From assembly GCA_001871165.1 (NCBI GenBank), contig MNUT01000002.1:1-52102 (forward strand): 52,102 nucleotides of DNA. Direction: 5' to 3'. This document shows positions 46,795 through 52,102 of this stretch, piece after piece. This DNA is from Candidatus Falkowbacteria bacterium CG1_02_37_21. Lineage in GTDB: Bacteria; Patescibacteriota; Patescibacteriia; Patescibacteriales; UBA12465. The translations under genes and the position numbers were made by a program. The first letter of the stretch is position 1; each line of letters opens with the position of its first letter. The notes under the pieces are model-generated. The model was given only the letters and a program-made list of their open reading frames with translations. It was not told the origin of the DNA and searched no databases.

Positions 46795-49647
46795 ATGCCT
46801 ATCCCCCAACTAAAACGTCGTTCTTCCGACTCTTGGCGTAACTACCGAGTATCTCGTGGTATAAAAACGACTAAAAACAAAAATAGCAAATTTCCGGTAA
46901 AAAAATTAATTTTTCTATTATTAGGTATTGGTGTGGCGGGAATAGTAATATTGTCTGTTTATGCGACCTGGATTTCTCGTGATTTACCTAACCCAAACCA
47001 ATTACTTAATAGAGAAATAGCACAAAGCACTAAAATTTATGACCGCACCGGCGAACATGTTCTCTATGAAATAAGTGGCGATGAAAAAAGAACTTTAGTG
47101 GAGCTTAAAGATATTCCTGATTGGGTAAAAAAAGCAACTATCGCCATTGAAGATAAAAATTTTTATAATCATGGCGCCTTCAGTGTCTGGTCAATGTTTC
47201 GCACCGCCATTACTAACGTCATTTTTAATCGCAGTGCCGGCGGTTCTACTTTAACTCAGCAATTTATAAAAAATGCTGTTTTAACTCCAGAAAAAACTAT
47301 TCCCCGAAAAATTAAAGAACTGGTATTGTCCTATCGTTTAGAGCAAAAGTTTTCTAAAGATGAAATTTTACAGATGTACTTAAACGAAATCCCTTATGGT
47401 TCTAATGCTTATGGAATAGAAGCGGCTAGTCAAAAATATTTTGGCAAGAGTGTTAAAGACGTCTCCTTGGCGGAAGCGGCAGTTTTGGGTGCCATTGTTC
47501 AAACTCCTACCCGTTACTCTCCCTACGGACCAAATAAAGACCTTCTCCTTGGTCGTAAGGACTATGTCTTAGACCTAATGGAAGCTCAAGGTTATATTTC
47601 AGAGCAAGAGCGCGATGATGCTAAGAAAGAAGAGATAGAATTTAACGGTCCAGAGACAAATATCACTGCCCCTCATTTTGTCATGTATATAAAAAGTATT
47701 CTAACGGAAAAATACGGAGAAAAGATGGTGGAGCAGGAGGGTTTAAAAATTTACACAACTCTAGATCTATATAAACAGGAGGCGGCCGAAGAAGCTATCA
47801 CTAAGATTACTGAAAATTATCCAGAAAAATATAACGCCAATAATGCCGCTCTGGTCGCTATTGATCCTAAAACTGGACAGATTTTATCTATGGTTGGATC
47901 GCGTGATTATTTTGACGATTCTATTGACGGTCAAGTTAATGTCGCCACACGATCACGTCAACCGGGCTCCTCTATGAAGCCGTTAGTTTATACTGCCCTC
48001 TTTGAAAAAGGTTATACTCCCGACACTCTTCTCTACGACGTTAATACCAATTTCTCTACCAATCCTAACGAGCCTTATTCTCCAAAAAATTATGATCTAA
48101 AAGAAAGGGGTCCGGTTAGTATTCGCCAAGCTCTAGCCGGCTCGCTTAACATTCCGGCCGTCAAAGCTATTTATCTGGCTAATATTAATAACGTTATTGA
48201 TTTAGCAGAAAATCTTGGTTATTCCACTTTATATCCACGGAGTAATTTCGGTCTGTCTTTTGTCTTGGGCGGAGCGGAGGTAAAACTATTAGAACATGTT
48301 AATGCTTATAGTGCCTTTGCTCGTGACGGAGAAATTAATTCAATTGTTGGAATTCTAAAAATTGAAGATAAAAACGGAAAAGTAATTGAAGAATATAAAG
48401 CCTCCTCAAAAAAAGCTTTAGATTCTCAGGCTGTCAGAATGGTTAACAGTATTCTAATAGATAACAACGCTCGCGCTTATGTCTTTGGAACTAACAATTA
48501 TTTAAATTTAGGTGATCGTCAGGTCGGAGCTAAAACAGGAACCACTAATGACTACCACGATGCCTGGACTATCGGTTATACTCCATCTCTAGTGGCTGGC
48601 GTCTGGGTCGGTAACAGTAATAACGACGCTATGAAGGGTCATCCGGATGGCAGTGTGGTAGCGGCTCCGATTTGGCATGAATTCATGAGCAAGGTGTTGG
48701 GCGATACACCAAAAGAAACTTTTAAAGCTCCCGACGACTACACAAGGGGAAAGGCTATTTTAGACGGACAAATTCCTACTCAATCAATCAAAATAGATGT
48801 CAGTACAGGAGAACCGGCCAACGACAATACTCCGCCAGAATTAATAAACGAAGTAAATATACCGGAATATCATAATATTTTATATTATGTAAATAAAGAT
48901 AATCCAACCGGAGATGTTCCTAAAAATCCTGGCGACGATTCACAATTTGATTTATGGGAAAGTGCTATTCAAAACTGGGCAAAAGAAAATGCGAGCTCTT
49001 CCCCTTTTTATCAGTCTTCTGATAATTCAAATAACAACTCCGGGGATAATGGACCAAAAATAAAAATAATTAGTCCAACTGCCAATCAAACTATTACTAG
49101 TCCAGAGTTGTTAGTAAAAACTGAGGCTATTGATAATCGTAAAATCAGCCGAAGTGAATATTATATTAATAATAATCTCTGGGAAACAAAATACGGTACT
49201 CTGGATGCCTTTAACAAAAGTATAAATTTCCTTAATAATGGTTATCATAGTTTAAAAGTATGGACTTGCGACGAAGAGGAAAATTGCGGTAGTACACTAG
49301 TGAATTTCAATCTCCTAATAAACAATAATCCCATCTCCACTCTTAAAAATTCCATAGTAATAAACAGTCCTAATAACGGGGTAAGTGCCAGTAAAATTGA
49401 TTTCCCCTTGCGAGTGGAAATGTGGGTTGGCCGGCCAGAAAGAGTGGCAAAAATTAATCTTTTAGCTCTTAGTGATAAAACTGGCACAGTCCTTACTTTA
49501 AAAAATAAAGACACACAAATAAATAACAACTTAAACTTATTCTGGGAGGTCGCTCCACCACCAGGTTCATATTCTCTTTATGCTATCTTATCAGACTGGA
49601 ATGGGGATATTATAAAAAGCGCTGAAATAAAAGTTAATGTAAAATAA
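46795..49647 (+). CDS. Class A penicillin-binding protein (PBP1A) with C-terminal Ig-like domains
   Basis: AIEDKNFY, GGSTLTQQ, RKIKE, QPGSSMKP, SLN, KTG. Confidence 0.95.
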   Translation: MPIPQLKRRSSDSWRNYRVSRGIKTTKNKNSKFPVKKLIFLLLGIGVAGIVILSVYATWISRDLPNPNQLLNREIAQSTKIYDRTGEHVLYEISGDEKRTLVELKDIPDWVKKATIAIEDKNFYNHGAFSVWSMFRTAITNVIFNRSAGGSTLTQQFIKNAVLTPEKTIPRKIKELVLSYRLEQKFSKDEILQMYLNEIPYGSNAYGIEAASQKYFGKSVKDVSLAEAAVLGAIVQTPTRYSPYGPNKDLLLGRKDYVLDLMEAQGYISEQERDDAKKEEIEFNGPETNITAPHFVMYIKSILTEKYGEKMVEQEGLKIYTTLDLYKQEAAEEAITKITENYPEKYNANNAALVAIDPKTGQILSMVGSRDYFDDSIDGQVNVATRSRQPGSSMKPLVYTALFEKGYTPDTLLYDVNTNFSTNPNEPYSPKNYDLKERGPVSIRQALAGSLNIPAVKAIYLANINNVIDLAENLGYSTLYPRSNFGLSFVLGGAEVKLLEHVNAYSAFARDGEINSIVGILKIEDKNGKVIEEYKASSKKALDSQAVRMVNSILIDNNARAYVFGTNNYLNLGDRQVGAKTGTTNDYHDAWTIGYTPSLVAGVWVGNSNNDAMKGHPDGSVVAAPIWHEFMSKVLGDTPKETFKAPDDYTRGKAILDGQIPTQSIKIDVSTGEPANDNTPPELINEVNIPEYHNILYYVNKDNPTGDVPKNPGDDSQFDLWESAIQNWAKENASSSPFYQSSDNSNNNSGDNGPKIKIISPTANQTITSPELLVKTEAIDNRKISRSEYYINNNLWETKYGTLDAFNKSINFLNNGYHSLKVWTCDEEENCGSTLVNFNLLINNNPISTLKNSIVINSPNNGVSASKIDFPLRVEMWVGRPERVAKINLLALSDKTGTVLTLKNKDTQINNNLNLFWEVAPPPGSYSLYAILSDWNGDIIKSAEIKVNVK

Positions 49648-49678
49648 AAAAACCGTCTTTAATTTGACGGTTTTTTTA
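49647..49678. terminator. Bidirectional terminator
   Basis: AAAAAAACCGTC...GACGGTTTTTTT between convergent genes. Confidence 0.75.
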
Positions 49679-49696
49679 ATGGTTTATATTTTAATT

Positions 49697-50818
49697 CTAC
49701 TGTCTAATAGGCATTACTATATACAGGTAATCTTCACTGTTTTCCGGTTTTAAAAGACAGGGGGTGTCACTATTTAAAACAGAAATTTTCACGCGTGGTC
49801 CTTCAACGTTATTTAAACCTTCAACCAGATAACGATAGTTAACTGTTATTTCATTTTCACTACCATTAATTTCTGCCGTCAGCTCCGTCCTACTCTCTCC
49901 ACTTGAACCGGAGAAGGCGGTAACAGAAATTTTGTTTTTCAAAAAATGCAAAGTAACGTCGTTAATTCCGGTTTTAGAAAAAAGGGCGGCCGCTTTTACT
50001 GCTCTAATTAATTCGGAGCGTTCCGCTAAAATTTCTGTTTTACTTTGCGTGGGGATTATTTGCTTATAATCGGGATAATGACCGTTAATTAAACGCGATA
50101 TTAAATCAACCGAATCAACTGTAAATAAAATTTGATTTTCACTTAAATAAATTTTTACTTCATCTGACTCATCGTCCTCAACACTAAAATTATTTAAAAT
50201 ACGTAAAAGTTCTTGTGCGGTTTTAGCGGGAACAATAACCTTCAATTCTTCTGCTTCATTTTTTTTACTAAAATTTAATTTTTTTTCTGCTAAACGATAA
50301 CTATCGGTAGCCGCCAAATTTAATTGATCTTTATAAAAAGAAAATAAAACACCACTTAACTCTGCTCTATTCTCACTAGTTGATACCGCAAAAATTACAT
50401 TTTCTAAAGATTTTTTTAAGTCACTAGATTTACAGACGTAAGGATTATCTTTAGAAATAACGGGGATAAGGGGAAACTCTTTTGCTGATTCACCTTTTAT
50501 TTTTGTCTTATAGTTTCCAGACTCAACTAATAAATTATCCTTCTCTTCTATTAAATCTACTTTCTCGCCACCACTTAAAAGGTTAACGTATTCTGTTATT
50601 AATTTAGAATCAACAGTAAACTGCCCACCACTCTCTATTTTTCCCCTAAGTTTGTAACTTATCCCTATTTCTAAGTTAGTGCTTACAAGTTCAATATTAC
50701 CATCCTCAGCCTTTATTAAAATATTATTAAGAATTGGCAGATTAATATTTTTGGATGTAGCATGTCCAACAATGTTTAATCCTTTTTTTAAATTTTCTTG
50801 TAAACTGATTAGATGCAT
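49697..50818 (-). CDS. dnaN: DNA polymerase III beta clamp
   Basis: LPILNNILI, TNLEIG, ATDSYRLA, YPDYKQIIP, VMPIR. Confidence 0.97.
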   Translation of the reverse strand: MHLISLQENLKKGLNIVGHATSKNINLPILNNILIKAEDGNIELVSTNLEIGISYKLRGKIESGGQFTVDSKLITEYVNLLSGGEKVDLIEEKDNLLVESGNYKTKIKGESAKEFPLIPVISKDNPYVCKSSDLKKSLENVIFAVSTSENRAELSGVLFSFYKDQLNLAATDSYRLAEKKLNFSKKNEAEELKVIVPAKTAQELLRILNNFSVEDDESDEVKIYLSENQILFTVDSVDLISRLINGHYPDYKQIIPTQSKTEILAERSELIRAVKAAALFSKTGINDVTLHFLKNKISVTAFSGSSGESRTELTAEINGSENEITVNYRYLVEGLNNVEGPRVKISVLNSDTPCLLKPENSEDYLYIVMPIRQ

Positions 50819-51069
50819 ACTAATTATTATATTAATTAATGTATTTGATTAATAATAGTAATAAGGGGGTGGATAAACTGTCGTATCTCTTATTTTTAAG
50901 CTTTTTGTTGGGATTTTTGTTGATTTATCGGTTGATAAATCACAGACTATTATGTTAACTTTTTGTGTGTTTGTGTTAATAAGTTTTTAGTCTTAGCACT
51001 TGTTCACAAAGTAACTTTATTTTTGAACAAGGAGTTAACAATTAAGTCACAGACTTATCAACAGAAATT
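50819..51069. other. Replication origin oriC (dnaA-dnaN intergenic region)
   Basis: DnaA-box-like 9-mers at 50868, 50930, 50974, 51000 and 51056; trio-like repeats and AT-rich tract next to dnaN. Confidence 0.85.
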
Positions 51070-52102
51070 TTAATAAACGGAACTGAAAAGCTGACGAATT
51101 GACCCTAGTTCTTGTTTTACTTTTTCATTACCCTGCTCTTTTATTTGGTGTTCTATTTTATTATAAGAGTGCATGGCGGTGGTATGGTCTCGTCCACCAA
51201 GTTCAGCCCCGATAGAGGGGTAAGATGATCCGATATCTTCTCTTATTAAGAAAATGGCTACTTGTCTCGGCCAAACCAACTCCTTTTTACGACTTTTTCC
51301 AATTAAATCTTTATAAGTTATATTATAGAATTTTGCGGTAGCCTCTATAATTTCCTTGGGGGTGAGAGATCGGGTTTGAATATTAGATACGTAATCACTT
51401 AGAATTTCTTTAACACTTTTTAAGGTAGGAGTTAAACCTTTAAATTGGTGAAAAACAATCACCTTATTGAGAGCCCCCTCTAATTCACGAATATTATTTT
51501 GAACATGTTCAGCTATATAGAGGAGTAACTCTTTGTCTAGGGGATAATTTTTTTCAACGGACTTTTTTTCTAAAATCGCGACCTTAGTTTCAATGTCCGG
51601 TTTTCCCACGTCAGCTACCATGCCTGATTCAAAACGAGAAATAAGACGATGCTCAATGGCGGGAATAGATTTTGGTGGACGATCAGAGGTTAGAACTATT
51701 TGTTTGTCGTTTTGTTGTAGTTCGTTAAAGGTGTGAAAAAACTCTTCTTGGGTTCCGTCCTTACCACCCATAAACTGAACATCATCAACCAAAAGGAGAT
51801 CAACATTGCGATATAAATTTTTAAATTCTTTAGCTTTACCACTTTTTACGGCTTGGATGTAATTATTGGTGAATTTTTCACTAGTGGTATAGAGTATTTT
51901 ATTGGTTTTTTTAGTTACCGCATTACCAATAGCTTGTAACAAATGAGTTTTACCCAGCCCGACGCCACCGTAGATAAAAAGAGGGTTGTAAGCCTTACCC
52001 AGATTGTCTACTACAGCCTGACAAGCAGCACTAGCTAGCTCGTTGCCACGACCAATAATAAAATTTTCAAAAACATAGCGTGGATTCAATCCATATTTAT
52101 TA
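51070..52102 (-). CDS. dnaA: Chromosomal replication initiator DnaA (5' end outside the window)
   Basis: YNPLFIYGGVGLGKTHL, DDVQF, QEEFFHTFN, RELEGAL, GGRDHTT. Confidence 0.98.
   Translation of the reverse strand, partial: NKYGLNPRYVFENFIIGRGNELASAACQAVVDNLGKAYNPLFIYGGVGLGKTHLLQAIGNAVTKKTNKILYTTSEKFTNNYIQAVKSGKAKEFKNLYRNVDLLLVDDVQFMGGKDGTQEEFFHTFNELQQNDKQIVLTSDRPPKSIPAIEHRLISRFESGMVADVGKPDIETKVAILEKKSVEKNYPLDKELLLYIAEHVQNNIRELEGALNKVIVFHQFKGLTPTLKSVKEILSDYVSNIQTRSLTPKEIIEATAKFYNITYKDLIGKSRKKELVWPRQVAIFLIREDIGSSYPSIGAELGGRDHTTAMHSYNKIEHQIKEQGNEKVKQELGSIRQLFSSVY

Noticed and set aside
3569-49529. Short ORFs antisense or nested in core genes (e.g. 3569, 5736, 8801, 10954, 34545, 38787, 44686, 49245)
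   Set aside because: Shadows of well-supported genes with no independent signals
1408-52102. Genome-wide stop-codon reassignment
   Set aside because: Core genes translate fully in code 11 and end in TAA or TAG; TGA terminates the CNNM gene, xis and int

Overview
AT-rich chromosomal segment that looks like a Patescibacteria/CPR bacterium (inferred from the CPR-type pilin, short S1, AT-rich and often leaderless starts, and unlinked rRNA). It runs from the 5' part of a solitary 23S rRNA gene (left) to dnaN-oriC-dnaA (right), with most genes on the minus strand. Core genes are pilT, rnc, nusB, rpmF, ftsH, S1, smpB, ssrA, tig, hppA, nusA, recQ, folD, glyA, glgP, plsY, PBP1A, dnaN, dnaA and four tRNAs (Gly, Leu, His, Arg). 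A 7.1-kb integrative element sits in the tRNA-Gly 3' end, with 21-bp att repeats, a tyrosine integrase, an excisionase, an HUH rolling-circle Rep and a DpnII-type restriction-modification pair. Most notable observations: (1) two ~220-bp non-coding elements at different tRNA 3' ends (Gly, His) share a covarying structured core, and each carries a direct and an inverted copy of its own tRNA's T-arm/3' end; (2) a leader peptide with mutually exclusive antiterminator/terminator hairpins lies between the promoter and the unlinked 23S gene; (3) a second, leaderless leader-peptide attenuator precedes a VUT-transporter/folate cluster; (4) a RelE-like toxin is interrupted by two in-frame TAG codons. 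All calls come from reading the sequence by eye; no searches were run.
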